A stretch of DNA of 64,000 nt. Origin: Antedon mediterranea. Lineage: Eukaryota; Animalia; Echinodermata. A program made the translations under genes and the position numbers. This document shows positions 1 to 15,362 of the stretch, in pieces; the first letter of the stretch is position 1, and every line of letters starts with the position of its first letter. The notes beneath the pieces are model-generated. The model made no database searches and had not been told where the DNA came from. It saw only the letters and a list, made by a program, of their open reading frames with translations. The stretch lies in contig NC_092671.1 of assembly GCF_964355755.1 (NCBI RefSeq), forward strand, positions 14,942,001-15,006,000. Reading direction: 5' to 3'.

Positions 1-1574
1 ATGGAAACTCCACTATAATTTATTGATTCCAGCTGCTACAGTAGACCCAAAAAAAGTCTGGGAAAAGAGTCTATTGTCATGATAAAATTACAAATCCTAA
101 AGCATTTCTGGTATATTCACTGTCAGATATTCATTGAATTATTATCGAGACAGTCCAATAAAGTTTGTATTTGTAATAGGATACTTCACACTTGAAATAT
201 CTAGGGTGATGAAGTGACCCCCAGACTTGACCTTAGCAATAAAATTAACTAAAGTGACAGAAATTATTATTATGAAGTATTTGTTACTTTAAATTACATT
301 TTTTTTCAGGTAAAATAACTATTATGAGACAATAAAATGACATTAAAAAAAAATTGAAAAAAAAAAAGAAATATTTCTTGTTTATCTAAATGTTTTATGC
401 CAATCTTGCTTTGATAAACAAACATGTCAATGCACTGTGTATACAGAAAGGCATAATAAATAACATAACCATCAAAGATCCGTTTTGAATATTATATGGG
501 GAGGGGATATAAGATGCAAAACAAATGAATTTGTCTACGAAACGTGGGATCCCCGCCCACCTTTGAAAAAAAAGTTAGGGTGGAAAATATCCACGCATTG
601 ATAACCACCAATAATAACACGTAAATATACTGATAAATATTCATAATTTCTCTGCAAGAAAATGATTGAAATAAAGTAAACAAAATGTATTTAAATTTAA
701 ACCACTGTCAACATCAAGTAATAGTTGATATATTTACAACTTTGCTCCATTCAACTTCTTTTTTTTGTTACTACTGTATTTTAATTAATATTGCAGTGAA
801 CCATACTTTTTTTTTTAAATTAGTTAAATGCGGCCAGTAGAAATATTATATACATTTAGTTAAGACGATAATCGCACCTCTTGCGTTACTTTGAGCCCGT
901 TCGAACCAAATTATTTCCCCGGCTAAGTTCACTTTCACGGTCACCATAATAACAGTTACCTAACTTCGCAGGGTAGAGGCCAATAAAGTCTAATAAACAC
1001 AGATGGATGGTTGCTTTTTTTATTAAAAAGAGAACTAACCTGAGTTTAGGATTTATTGGCCTATTTAAATTGTACATAACAAGGGAACAACGTAACCTTT
1101 AATACAGCATACGGTACTGCATCGATTAATTACAAGGTGATTGTTGATAAACATTGTTTTTTGGTGAGATGAGTAGATCTTAGACAGGTCAATAAAAAGA
1201 ATTACTTTAGGCTGGATAGTGATGTCTCCTTTCATTACGTTCGATATCGTTCAATTAAAATTGAACTCTGCCAGCCTATTTTCAGAATATAGAATGTACA
1301 ACACAATGATGAATATTATAATTCTGATAGGAAAGATGTATTTATAAGGACCGTGTGGTCTTCTGTAAAATGACGGTCTTTCGGTTTTTTGTTCCAATGT
1401 CGAACCTAATATTCCAATGGGGTCCTTAAAACATACACATGTACACAATACATTACGATATTAACACCAGTACACGAGTTAAAATTAAGTTTCCCGTTTA
1501 TGAGCTCTATAATAAATTAATTAGGCCTAACTATGATCTTGAAATTTTCATTACATTTTTTATATAACCATTAA

Positions 1575-1857
1575 AGATCACCCCCCCCCCCCCCAGATAA
1601 AATATGAAGATTAATAAATGGATTTTGAGGGCCATTTCGCAGTTTTAATAAAGTTCTGTTTGGAAAAAAAAGAAGTAATGTTTTTGTTGTTTTAAATAGA
1701 AAAAATAAACGGTTAAATTCAACAAAACTTCCAGTCATTGACAATGTGTGTTTTTTTTTTTAATTATCTTTTTTTTTTTCAAGTAAAATATTATGTGACA
1801 GTTAAAATCGCATGTTTTAACAAAAACATAATTCTTTTTTTTCAGGAGGATGAATCT
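1575..1857. mobile_element. Degenerate second copy of the same TTAA MITE family, opposite orientation
   Basis: TTAA-AGAT...ATCT-TTAA ends. The internal ATGAAGATTAAT...TTAATAAAGTT is the reverse complement of the 2785-2840 region. Confidence 0.55.
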
Positions 1858-2533
1858 TTAAAGGCGTATTAAAAACCTTTTTTACGTTCAATGTACTTTT
1901 AAACATGATAGCATAAGAAACCACCTTCACTACGAAAATGCCCTGACAGTTCTCGTGCTTAGAATGACGTGATTCTGACGTCAATTACGTATTACTTGAG
2001 AAACTTGATAACAACATTATAAAAATCGATAAAGTTGAAGAAGTTTTTCTTTATTCATATCATCATTATCAACGTATTAAGTAAATGAAAATCAAAATAT
2101 AATTGTTGTCGACATTTTACCTTAGCCTCAAACGTCATATCAATAACATTGAAACATAAGACGTGCATGTTCTGGTTATCAATTAATTCAAATATAGGCT
2201 TGTTCAGTTGTTTTAAGAATACCGTGAGAGCTAGTGAATGAACTATTATTTGCAATTGCGATCCCGATTGGTTTACACCATCAATGAAGTTGCTATAATA
2301 CGTTCCCTTGGTTACTATACGCAAGACAAAAATATGAATGGACAGCTTGGCGACATTGTATCACTTGTAAATAGAAATTTGATCCAGCATAGTTCAAGAA
2401 ATTATTACACATAAATAGAACAAGATCGTATACAACAAACACTTAACCGGTGGATCTCAACATTTAGACCTATTTTAAAGACATTTTAGTTTTGTAACTT
2501 ACGTACTTTTAGAGAGGAGATTTTTTCCCTTAA

Positions 2534-2868
2534 AGATGTATTGTCCCCCTGACAAAATTTGTGTTACATTTTTTTTGTTGAATATGCCATTTTAATGTCA
2601 CATAATAATTATTCACTTTGACCAAAAATCGGATCGAAAAAAATGTATTTACCTGAAAAAACTGTAATTTAAAGCAAAAAATTGTCAAATTGGCTGCCAG
2701 CCAATGGTTTTTAGTGAAATTTAACCATTTATTTTGTCATTTTATAAGTGAAAACATTATTATTTTTTTCTACGGAAGTGATTAACTTTATTAAGACTAC
2801 AAAATAACATATTCAAAGTCTAATTTAATTAATCTTCATTTTTCATGTTTTTGGGGGACAATATATCT
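2534..2868. mobile_element. TTAA-flanked MITE (Kolobok-like)
   Basis: TIRs AGATGTATTGTCCCCC and GGGGGACAATATATCT; TTAA on both sides (2530-2533, 2869-2872). Confidence 0.75.
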
Positions 2869-4329
2869 TTAATGTAACTAAAGTTTATGTAGGCTTCCAT
2901 CCTGTTCTAATGTAGTCCTATATTCTATTATATATATTTGGCAAAACTCCATGGATGACCATTAAGTTCACACCAGACACTGGCTATAGACAGAGTCCTG
3001 GAACTTGGCAGTTTTCGTTTCGTATTTATATTTTATAAAGTTTAAATAAAACTATAATTGCAACAACTAATTATAGATAAACGTGACCTTTGTTTTTACT
3101 GTTGCCCTTACTTATTGATTATTATTATTATTAAGATAACATCATTTTATTATAGGCCCTATAGGCCTATTATTTGTTTGCCTAAATTTTAATGAAATAA
3201 TCAAAGCACCAATAAAATCAGCGCTTACAATTTGTAGGACCTCGGTTCCACCAACTTTCAAATCTAGGATCCGTCACTGATGAACAGATCTAACAACATG
3301 TGAGAGTAAATTAAGTAGAAAAAACTTACAACTATGAACAATATCAATCATTATCTCAGTCCTAACTAAAATGGTATAATTTGACAAAAATTTGATTAGA
3401 TTAGATCTACCCAATCGACTCATAAGGCCTACAGTATAACATACATATACACAAGGCGGTGGCGGACCAACCGACTCGTAAGTACCACTGGTGGTCGAAG
3501 ATAAGGGACGTCAAACAGGATGTGTTTCCTTCACAACATGTAATGTATTCTATTACATTAAATGTAATTTCAAAATAAAACCCACCTGATATGTGCTATA
3601 TGGGCTAACAATTCTATATATACTATTTTCCGTCTTTAAATCGTTTAGGCGTGTTTAATGTACATTAACGTCATTAAAGAAAATGATATCCCGAATAAGA
3701 TTTTACATAGCAACATTTCAGAAATTATTTCCTAGTTTACGGTTGTTAAATTTATTTACTACGTCATCACAAATGGCAAGTACATCTATTTATAGACAAA
3801 TTCGCGGCGTCAACCCGAACATCTTCAATTATCTTCTCTGAGGAAGGCAGTTAAATCACCGGAGGGAACTCGATTGCATTTTGTTTCCTCGGGATAAGGT
3901 AAGTACGTGAATATTATCAAATACGGTATGGACCTAATAGTATTATTAAGACAAGTTAAGAAAAGTAATGTTTTACGAGACGATAAAAGATATAATTACT
4001 CGTTTGAAGGCACGTACCAAATTAAATTTGTCCTTTTTTGTGGCTTTTTAATTTTTACATAGATTCTATTATTATTATAATCATTGAATTAATTAACATT
4101 GTTTTTAATTTACTGTATTAATTGTTATACTTTCAATATATCAATTGTACATACCTGAACGCCCCCATACGTGAACAAAATTACAAACAAACAAACAATT
4201 TATTTGTTCAACGCTGGCGATAAATACAGTATATAAAATGGCAGTACGGTCAACGTTTATGGTAAGTAACCAGTAATGACGTGCGATGTTTAAATGTTTC
4301 TTGTACTCAGAACTGCTTGTACTTCCAAA

Positions 4330-4465
4330 TAACTGTGTAAAGGAGGACCAAACTTAAAGCCTTGGCTTAATGCGTCCTCCTCACACAATTGTATTTATTA
4401 ATTTATGTTTCTGTTCATATTGTATTGTATTGTATTGTGTGAAACAATAAACTTGAAACGTGAAA
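4330..4465 (+). mobile_element. Probable LINE 3' tail remnant
   Basis: Stem-loop GGAGGAC...AAGCCTTGGCTT...GTCCTCC, then a (TATTG)n tract and an AATAAACTTGAAAC tail, typical of CR1/L2 3' ends. Confidence 0.45.
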
Positions 4466-7400
4466 GATAGGAGTCAGGTAGCCTTTCTGCTTTGCCTACT
4501 CCATTCATTTAGGGCATGGGCTTTCATTGTATATGCCCGTTTAAATCTGATTATCTTTTTTTTTACTCCAACGTGGTATGATGGAACAGCACATATCTTG
4601 GAAAGGAAATACCAAATTGAGGGCCTTATTAACAGAAATCCACAAGGTGGAATCTTCAAATAATGATTAATATTTTTAAAAACAGCTTGATTATTGTCCA
4701 ATTGTATAGGCATATTTAAAGTGTAAAATATTTGTAATATAAATGTAATTATATAATTTGGAATGTATCTTATATTGCCGGGGGGAAACACAATCAAAAG
4801 ACAATTGTGTGTATATATTTACATGGATGCCCTTAAGAATAACACTGCTGCGTGCTATTTATACTTTCCCCATTTCCTATTTGTATACACTGTCTTAAAT
4901 AACACCCATTGATGTATGCATAACACAGTTCATCTTTACACGTGTATGTTTCATTCAAGCATCTAGCTCTATCGATTTACAACCGTAAATGGTTTCCGTT
5001 TCAGTTATTTACGTAAAAACGTAAAAACTTATTTAGCATTTGATGTTTAATTGCTTTCTCCGGAGAGGTAGCTACGGATCGATAGCAACACCTGGTAACA
5101 GCTATTCAAATGCAGATTGATAGAGACATGTTCGTTAATTCTTCCATTACTGTAGTAGTGAATAGATTATATTAGAAAACATAATAATCTGTTTTCTTTC
5201 TACGTGGGCGGATGTAGAACTAAGGAACCCATGAGGTTTTTTTTTAGTATAGTATCACTTTACTAGAATAAATGTAGGCATATTAAAAACTGTTTTCGTA
5301 TTACGTCATTTACGATTACATCAAATCATAGAATAAATGGAGAGTGAAGCAAAAAAAGAATAACTATTATTCAGTGACTAGGGATGATAGATGTATGATT
5401 AGTTTTTGTAGTTACTTGTGTAGAATGAAGAAAAGACAGGGGTATGCGTGGAGAGGTAAGGTTGCGACACATTTTCTGTCTATTTTCATTTTTATATCCT
5501 GTCTATATTTTTTGTCTGCTGTTCCCTCCCTTCCTGGTTTACCCTTTTCGTTTTCTTTTATAAATGCCTTTTGTTTAGACCCGCATTATTTTTACTTCGA
5601 ATTTTAATAATAAACATCGAAGATCAGGATTAGCTTGTTAAAATGGTGCATATGGTTGTGAGTGCTGCTGCATCGGGTCCCTGTTACAGGAATAACTAAA
5701 ATGTCACCACACTGCTTCCCTTCCGTTATAGCTGATTCCTTTTTAGATATTAATGGAAAGACGCGCTGAGTAGGCCTAATTTTATTAATTATTCTAATTT
5801 TGTTCAAGAGCGTTCATGAACTATGTAATCATTCAAGCGCCTATTACTAGATTAATATTAATATACGAATTATCAGCTTGTATTAACCTCTAAGACGTGC
5901 CTTAATATTGATTTAGCATTTAAGTGATAATTTTATTACGATCTAATGAACACCAAGGATATTCTTCATTCCCACCCGATACACGCTCGGTATTATGTCT
6001 AAATACAATACACACGTCTTCTAACTATCATCACATTATGGGATATTTTAAGGCGTTTTTCTGCTAGCCAGCTGTTTGCTGATTCGTTGTGCTTCGGATT
6101 TACAACCGGTATACATTGGTTTCGAATCCCATCTAATTGTTTTAGTGAGATATTAATTAGAGGGTTTGTTAAGTTAATAATAATATCATAGAGCAGGATA
6201 TCGCTGATCGATACCCAACCTACTTGACTGCAAACATGCACATTAAGATTCAGTGCGTGCACACCCATATAGATACGTATTATAGGCGTTGTAGTTATTA
6301 GAAATTGCACATAGATTTCGTTTCCTGAGGTTCTCACAAAACGAATCAACTAATGTATACTGAAGATACTATTCTATATTAGGCCTAAGTTATGAGTTGA
6401 ATTTAAAATTTAAAAATTAAAAACTCATTGTAAACTCACGAGAACAGTACCAACTTAGTCTAAAATATTTATTTTAATTAAATATTTAATGGATGATCGA
6501 TTTAATGATACTCAGTTTAATCGCATGGTTTTAACAGTACTAATAGAGATATATTTACTTATTACAGTACTCAAATAAGTTATTTTACAAAACTTCATTG
6601 GCGCCCTCTTTCTAAATGTGCGTATGTTGGATTTTGATTGGTCAGTAGTTTACTTGATGTGGCAGCCGGCGGATGCGGATGACGACCGATCATTGCTTCC
6701 TCATTCTTCGTGATATGCCGCGGCAACAGTGCTGTTTTGTCGCGGACAGTTCTGAAATCAATAATGATCATCCGATCGGTAAAACTGAGGGAGCATACAT
6801 TCCAGTGATACACGTACACACAAAATAAAATGATTGATAATCATGACATTTAATGAGTCATAATATCAAGAACCATGTGGATATGATTAATTAAACCTGT
6901 TGCTTCGTGTTTGGTAATCTAAAGGAATGTGACAAGATAGCCCTACTTCGGAACGCATTTCATCCGTAAGATCCCTAAATTAACAGTCAGTTTGAGTCTA
7001 TGTAAATCAATTTGAAGTACAATTGTTGCTCACAGACCGTATGGACAACGTGTCCACTACAAGAGTAAGTGGTACTCGTCAATAGACAAATACGGATATA
7101 TATTATATATATCAATCTTTTGCCAATACGAGCCCAACATAAAGTTTGTAATTAACTGAATGCCATACATTAGTTTAAACGTTATTGTTACGAAAGCGAA
7201 TGCTATTAATGATAATAATCTGCCCACTTTCGACGAATAGCCATTGGAAATTTCACAATTAACCATATAGGGTTCCGATTTTCAGTCGTGGGCGTTAATC
7301 GTAAATTAAAGTTATATTTATAGGCCTATAAGATGTTTTTGATGGCGTTTATTTTTATTATGCATGTGTTTTAATAAATGCGTGATATAATATTCTCATT

Positions 7401-10400
7401 TTAATGTAAACTACACAGTTCCTACTGTAAAAAAAACATTTATTGGTCTGCACAGATCGTGAATTAAAATCGCATCAAAAATAGGCCTACTTTAAATTGT
7501 AATTTGACTCGTTCCATAATTATAAAGTTGATATACTTTATAGAATACATTAACGTGCCCTATTAATTGTGATACGGGTGTTAATACGGTAAGTTTTTAT
7601 TTATTCATACAACAAGATGAAACTATTTCTGATCTAATTCGATTTTAATCTTGTCTGTGAAATGTCCTTACTCGATACCCACATGGATGATAATAATCGT
7701 AGGGTGTGTGGTGTAAAATCCGTGTGAATTAATAACCTAGATTAAAATTCCCATTTCGGCGTGTCATACTCAACACATTGGAAGCGTTACACTGAATCCT
7801 GGAATGCTAAGGAAGATATCATGACAGTACTGGCCATGGTTTTTCTTCAAGGGAAGCTTAACAGATAAGGCTCACAAAAACAAATTCCGCGTCGATAATA
7901 AATTGAGTCGTTTACCTATAAGATCACACCAAACAAAGGACACATTTCTGTGAGCTTTTAAAAAATTACGAACTTGCACTTCATATGATAAGCTTATCGA
8001 ACCAAATTGAATTAAAAGTGTATAGGCCTATTTATTTTCTTTAATAAGTTATATTGAATACTGTATATATTATAATTTACCTGATCTTTCTACTGTTCTT
8101 CTTGTTAGAATACCGTAATTAGACCTAAAACGGCCGTTATAAGGCTAGGTCGCTACGTAACTTTTACAAATTATTCATATACCCATGTATTTTGTATCCA
8201 TTATTCGTTATATACTAAATGCTGCCACACCTGTGATATATAGATGGGCATATGTTACCGTCTGTTGACATGAAACACAGCTCTGTTAGTTGCTTGTTGT
8301 TAGGCATGACACACCGCACGTGAATCGGCTGCTGAAGTGTACTAATGTCATCCACAGCACTCCGATATAGTGTACCATATTTACTGTCATATCTTTTTAC
8401 CCCAACCAACCTCTTCTCATATCTTATTTGTACAACAATTTAACATTGTCATTGTAAATTCCTTCTTTACTTGCCTATTAATCACTGAAGTATAATCATA
8501 ATATTCATACCTTCAACGCGACCATGGGTCGCTGGCAAACACATGATCCTTCAAGAAGGCTTTGTTGTTTGTTTTAGAATAAAGAAGCCTCTGATACCCG
8601 TCCGACGTGCCCAAATGAAAATGTTTATGTATGAGCCACAATTTTGTATACGTCAATACATAACGTCAATATTATTATAATGCAGTTCCATCCCTTCTCT
8701 CCTAATTAATTCCAATGAGGATATTCTATTGTCTACTGTAGATACAGTATAACAATTGAAAAAAATTATACCTGCCGTATAAACATACTACATAACTATT
8801 ACAGGTTTCCAAGAATGTTTAATAATCTAATCTAAAATTCATCAACCAGTACTAGTAGGCCTACATTAAGCGATAGATTAGTTAGCATGTTAAAACAATG
8901 TTTTCCCTGGCAGGGTGCTCGTCGTAGGGAACAAAGTATTTTGCACGAAAATTATTGCAGTACATCTGGAAAACATGAAACTTCTCAATATTAGCAAGTC
9001 AATATTGAAATTCTTTAAATTCATAAGCAGTAGGCACGTAATATCTGAAAAACGATTCTGACAAGTTGTTCAACAGAACCCCAATCAAAATGAAGTGACC
9101 AATTAACCCACAATTCTGACCTTGATATCAATGAAGATGCATCTATAGTTGCGGTATATAAGACAGAAGGTTCGGGTAACCAATGTGTGCATAGGAGGTC
9201 TTCCGTTTTAGAGAGGGAAAAACAACCCCGGCAGATAGAGTGTTTAATTATACTGTATACAGCTCTATTATTTCTTTATTTACATCTATAATAATAAATA
9301 TAATAATAACAATAATAATAATAATAATAATTTATTGGAAACTTCACTTTTACAACAGTGGCACACTTTGATGATAAAGGTGCGTCCAAGTAAAAACATA
9401 CAAGAATAAATCAAATTATTAACTTAAAAATGAATCAAAATAAATGTAAAAATAATAGAATGTAGTGTGAAATACAAAACATAAATAAATAAAAATAAAT
9501 AAATGAAACGAACTTTAAAAAAAATATAATAAAAATGTTTAGATACACACAAAATAAATAATAAAATTTATTTCATGGCATGAATCAAAATGAAGAGAAC
9601 AACAAAAAAAAAATTAAAAAAAAAAAAAAAAATTAATAAATAAAAAATAAAAAAAGACTTAAATACTTAACAATGTATCAACATTAACTAAACAGAAATG
9701 GTGTAATGTAACACATTATTGTTATAATTGTATTTATTATTTTATATTAATATTCTTATCGACTTAAATGATACAGTCCGTCTGTCCGTAACGTAAAGTT
9801 GTTTTTTTTTAGAAGTAAAGACGACAACAGCAGCGAAGGTCACAAAAGTGTCCTTCCTGTAAAAGTTTTAACTTTCGGTGCATTAAAGAATATCGTATTT
9901 CTTGAATATAATCCAACATTCTCTTTATCGTAATTGATTAATTAATTTAGGGCCATTTATACTAATACGTCATAGCATCAACAAACGTCTTAAGGTGTTT
10001 GTGTAATTAAGGATGAAATGTTTAAACAGGGTTTTCAATAACTAACATTAATTCCAGACACACTCAAGAGTAAGCTGGCCATGATTCTTTTCCGACTGCT
10101 GGCCACACAGAAAAACTTTTGCTTTCTGCATTTCTTCTTTACTACCAATCAGTGAAGAGTGAAATTTACTCTTCTTTACTATCAACGTAGAAATAAGAAA
10201 TATATGGTATAATAAGAGATATTTGAATTACCGTACTGTAGAAGATACACAAAATACCTGTGCTTGAATTCGAAATCCTCGTCGCCATGTTAAACCAAAT
10301 AAAAACAGTCAGATTAGATACGGTATCATTAGAATTCAAGTCTTTTATTATTCTTTAAAAGTGTTTTATTATTTAGGCCTAAGCATTCTATGTTATCGTA

Positions 10401-12007
10401 CGTTCAAACTGAAAAAAAATATAAGTATACGAACCAACAACCTGTAAATTGATATGCAAATTAGCTCAATACACCTATATGCAAATGAACTTATTCACAA
10501 GTAACTGCATCTCACTACAAACCCCTAATCCGGAACACCCCTATTTAAGGGACACTCTGTTGGGTCCCGAAAGTGTCTCTGCAGTAATCACTTCGGTCTA
10601 ATCCATGAAAGCTAATCCCCTTGCTAAACTCTTGTATATCCCGTAACCACGTGATATAAATAAGGCAATTATTTTCCTGATATCCATTTGTAAGGAGATA
10701 ATTAGCCAATTGTTTGTTTCCTAAAATCCTCTTGCTAAACAAGATTACTACGTGTAAACAAGAGATTGCCCAATATCGATAGATTAAAATTCATGAAATA
10801 GCGTTGAGTTATGTAATTTTACAGTTTACAATGACTCATAGGTCCTCGTAATATTCCAATAGTTTTTAATATAATAATAATAGTTTTCAATCGAGTGTAA
10901 TTTGTTTATAGATTATTAAACCCTTTAACAGCTTGTGTGATATGCCCGCGGGTCGGAGGATCATAATTAACCCACTGTGAGATATGAATTAAGTAGGCCT
11001 CCTAAACAAGCCGACAACCAGAGAAGGCCTGTCACTGCTAACTCGGTGTTGTTGCAACAGGACCTACCTCAGTCTGACGTGCCTAATGTTCGCTTTGCAA
11101 TATAATCTGCGGTAAAAGTAAGTACCCACTAATTACGTAGTTAAGAGTTTTTTCAGTTATTTATCGAAACACTTATCCGCGTATCACTTAAGTAATTTTA
11201 TTAAGTTAAGTTGTTGTTTTTACGTGGTAAACAGAAGTTTTGCTTCAATTTTCTTCTTTGTTCTTCATAGCCTACCTGGGGCACACAGAGCGTGAGATCT
11301 TCGTGTATTAACATGTGTAGGCAATGAGTTGACAGTGAGAGGTACTTAAAAATAGGTTCTTATTTCCGAAATCTAGTCTGTTTTTGTTTTCATATTCTCA
11401 ATTAAAGTTAATTTGTAAATCAAATACTAGGGCCTATATAGGTCTATAGAGATTTTACAGAATACTGCAGTTAATTTTAATCAGAAACGTAGTTTATTTG
11501 TCGTATGATATTGCGTAGTAATTTAATATTATAATTACTCAAATTGTAGGTATCCCTACTAGTCACAGTATCCAAAAGATTGTTGAGCACGACGTCAGAT
11601 TGACGGGGTAAAAGAATACATAACCGAATCTTTTACCGGTTGTACAGATTGGAACTATACAGTATGAATCATGTTTAAGAAAAACTATAATGTTCATAAG
11701 AGGCTGCTGTGTTGTGAACTTACAAATTAGATTGTGTGTGTTATTGTTTTACGTCGGTCGGACGAAATTGTATTCAATGTTCACGCCGACTTCTCTTCAC
11801 GCGATGTCTGAATAACCAATTACGTCAACAATTGCTGTATTCATTCGCGCTTAATTTTTATCTACTGTTGTATAAATATTGTATTATTACATTTTTATTG
11901 ATCCCAAGTGCTGTATAAACTAGAACCCCATGATGATTGATATTCATTAGTAAATGTGTGTTGTAATAACTCTGCTTTACTCAATATAAATACTACTTAA
12001 TTCAGAC

Positions 12008-12158
12008 AACTATTCTTAGAACTGAATCACCTTTGTGTCAAAAATGAATATCGTAAAAATAAAAACTCACTAAAACATTGTCGAAGGACAGTATGCAACT
12101 AAATTCAGGTAACTATTCTTAGAACTGAATTACCTTGTATCAAAATAAATATCGCAAA
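12008..12158 (+). repeat. Short direct duplication (about 50 bp, about 103 bp apart)
   Basis: AACTATTCTTAGAACTGAAT...AATATCG occurs twice. Confidence 0.7.
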
Positions 12159-14596
12159 GTGTTACGAAAATAGTTTATTGACCGTAAATAAAACAAAACT
12201 GATAGACACGTCGTTGTTATATTCTTCTCTAACGAATGGCTTGAAGCTCTTTATATTCTATTTATAGAACATTTGTTTTTTTTTCTCTTTCGTTCGCCAT
12301 TATACAATGAATGTCAAGGTATATAACTACTAGCCCACCTTCACCTTATACTTAAAAGACCGTTTTCAAATTTGTTTTAATTTAGAATTACAAGTATACC
12401 ACCGTATTTGAGTTTTCTATTTTGTTTCGAAAAAAATGACCTTTAAAACCTTTCAATTAATATTACCGATACTGGGCGGACGGTTATAGGCCTATTTATT
12501 TGTATTTATTTTATGTTCAATCTTTCTACATAACCACAATAAGGTAAAAGGGGTACGGTATTATGAAAAGTTTTCCTCATTTTGTCGTAGGCGTTACAAA
12601 CAATACTAAAATACGTATATAAATTCGTTTTCATATTGAACAGTCCGTATTGAGATATTTCAAATATGAGGCTATTAGTAGTATTACTACGTTACTCGGA
12701 ATGGAACGGAAGTTGAAAATGAGAAATTATGATGTAATAGTAAAGGTCATGAATGGATTTAATATGATTCAACATAAAAAACTAACATTAATCGGGTAGA
12801 ATTATGTTCATGTCAATGGCAATGATAAAAATGTAATATCAATCATGAGAATCTGATATTGAAAAAGACAAATCCAGATTGAAAAATATACAAAAAGACA
12901 TCTAATAATGAAAGTATGCATAGGCTAAGTTGAAATAGTCCATAATTATTCCGAAATCTGTTTAAAACCATGTAAATGAAACGAGATTTGGATCGATTGT
13001 CAGTGTGAGAGTGTCAGTGTGAGAGTGTCAGTCAGTGTTTGATATAAAAATGATGTTAAATGAAACATAAGATCTACCTACTTATACTGTACACCCGTGT
13101 ATTTTTAATACCAGCAAAAGTACAATCTGTCGCAAATAATGTTGATGCCTATCTTATTTTATGAAAAACATTAGGATGATGTCTTGTTTATCGATCGCCT
13201 GTAGCAATGACAAAACATTAATATCTGATCATAACTTCAATATAGTGTCGCTGCGTCCAATTTTATTTTAATTACCCAATAAAACATTCCATAATTTTTG
13301 GGTATCGCGATTGATATCATTCACAAAATATAATCTGTGATAACAGGACAATGCTTTAGGATACAAGTGATTTTTTAACGAATTTAATGATACTTGTATC
13401 GCACCGAACATTATGCCGTGAGTTGCAAGAAGACAGCGGGCGGCAGGACAAATACGTTCCATATGGATCAGTCTTATCAACATTGGGTATCGTATTCCAA
13501 TTGAATTTTAAGAATATATTTAGCATTTATTAAAACAATAAGGTTTATTTTTGGCATATTATATTGATTCCTGTATAAAGGACTACCCGCAACGTCAACA
13601 TGTTTCAAATTACTTACAATATCTATTTTTTGTTTCTATTCAAACCTTTTAAAAAGTAATGAGATGTTTATACCATAGTGTTAGTTTTACTACGTGTGTG
13701 GTTACAGGATGGACAAGGACCAACTTATGGTTGGATTCGTTAAGGATTTTAACATTGTTGGAAGTGTCCGTTTTAATTCACCACAAAGCCAAATGGTCAA
13801 ATAATTATGAACAATTATTTAACAAGGAATTTTTATGGATTGAGAGCACAAAAAAAGATCTATAACTATAAACATATTCAATGTAATTATTTGAATTGAA
13901 TTTATTTATATCAAAAATAATTAGGCCTAAATAATATAAACAATGCGGTTTCCGGGCTAATTAGGACTTAGTTCAGATAATGTTAATTTAGTACATTTTG
14001 AAAAAATGATTGTTAATTGTGTTATATTATACTATTATGAACCTAGCGTGGGTGGTTGTAACTGCCAGCTGAATTGATAGACTTGCCATTCTACTCACAG
14101 TCTGTATTGAATTTAATTTCCCTGTTGGACACATTTCAAAATCTTCCTAATTTTGTATGTACTTGATCATATTATTAATTCAATACAACTAAACATTTAT
14201 TCTTTCAATTTCAATACAGAAAAAAAGATAAATATAGACATAATTGAAAGTTAGAACAGAAAAGCACAATACAAAATATCTACATATATTTATAAACCCA
14301 AAGGCAAATAACTGACAAAATGACGATGACGATATCAGTGGAGATACATAATAAAATAACCAAAGAGCTGCATCAAAACGATCAAGTAAAACAGGCAGAA
14401 AAAGAAGCAGAGCTTTCGCGCAACACCAGCCCTTCAAGTGAAAGTGTTCGGATTTTTTTGGGGGAAATTGAGAATACATGAAGCAGACAAGCGCTGCATG
14501 GGTGGACTAGATTAAAAGAAATAAAAACAAAGGAGGCACATATATACAGTCTCGGTTGGGGCGACTTTTTCTCATTCTCCCAGATTTCCTCATCTT

Positions 14597-14773
14597 TATC
14601 GTTTCAAAAATTAATTAAATCATTTTCAGTGTATCACCGGGCGGTTTGGAATTTATTTCTATGCCTGTTGTGTTTATATATATGTATATATATATAAACA
14701 CATCAGGCAAAGAACATTAATTCTAAACCGCCCGGTGATATACTGAAATTTAATTAATTAATTTGAAACGATA
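14597..14773. repeat. About 177-bp imperfect palindrome centred on a (TA)n tract
   Basis: TATCGTTTCAAA...TTCAGTGTATCACCGGGCGGTTTGGAAT...GCCTGTTGTGTTT, then (TA)n, then AAACACATCAGGC...ATTCTAAACCGCCCGGTGATATACTGAA...TTTGAAACGATA. Confidence 0.8.
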
Positions 14774-15362
14774 TATATAAATAAAATAACAGCAGAAAAC
14801 TTGGTTATTTCATTGTTTTAATCACTACAAATTTGTTTTATATATATATATATATAAATATATTATTAGAACGATATTATTATTTTAGAAAATATTATCT
14901 CATTACGACAGTATTTACGCCAGTCGGCCAACTAGAAAAAGGCGATATGACGTTACTGTATTGAATACCGTGTCATTATCCAAATTAGAACTTGTTAGAC
15001 TTCTGCAGACCGTCCTCATGGTCGCGTGTCAAGTTAATTAAAGGTCTGTTTGTGACGTATAATGCATTCTAAAGTCAAAAGGATTCTATCTTATTGCAAC
15101 TACTCTCTTATTGTAAACGAGTGAAAACGTCACTCGTTGTGGGGAGTGAAACTGTTTTCACTCTAAAAGAGCGATTTTTCACTCCCCGAGAGTGGTTAAA
15201 ATCGTCTAAAATAATACGAATAGCTGAAAGCAGTTCGCTCCTCGAGAGTGAAAAAAGAGTGACCGCGTGAACCAATCAGAGACGCGTATGCAATTTTGGC
15301 GCAATTTTTGTGCTTGATGGGGAGACATTTTGTTTTCACCACCATCGCGTGACATCGTCATC

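Noticed and set aside
3790-3904. Possible non-coding first exon (TATA-like motif, AAG|GTAAGT donor) for IGF or a lncRNA
   Set aside because: A single donor match 24 kb from the IGF ATG cannot be supported without transcript data.
14405-14445. Second hammerhead-like motif on the - strand (CTTGAAGGG...GCGAAAGCTC)
   Set aside because: The core deviates from CUGANGA and stems I and II do not pair convincingly; at most a decayed Penelope-type remnant.
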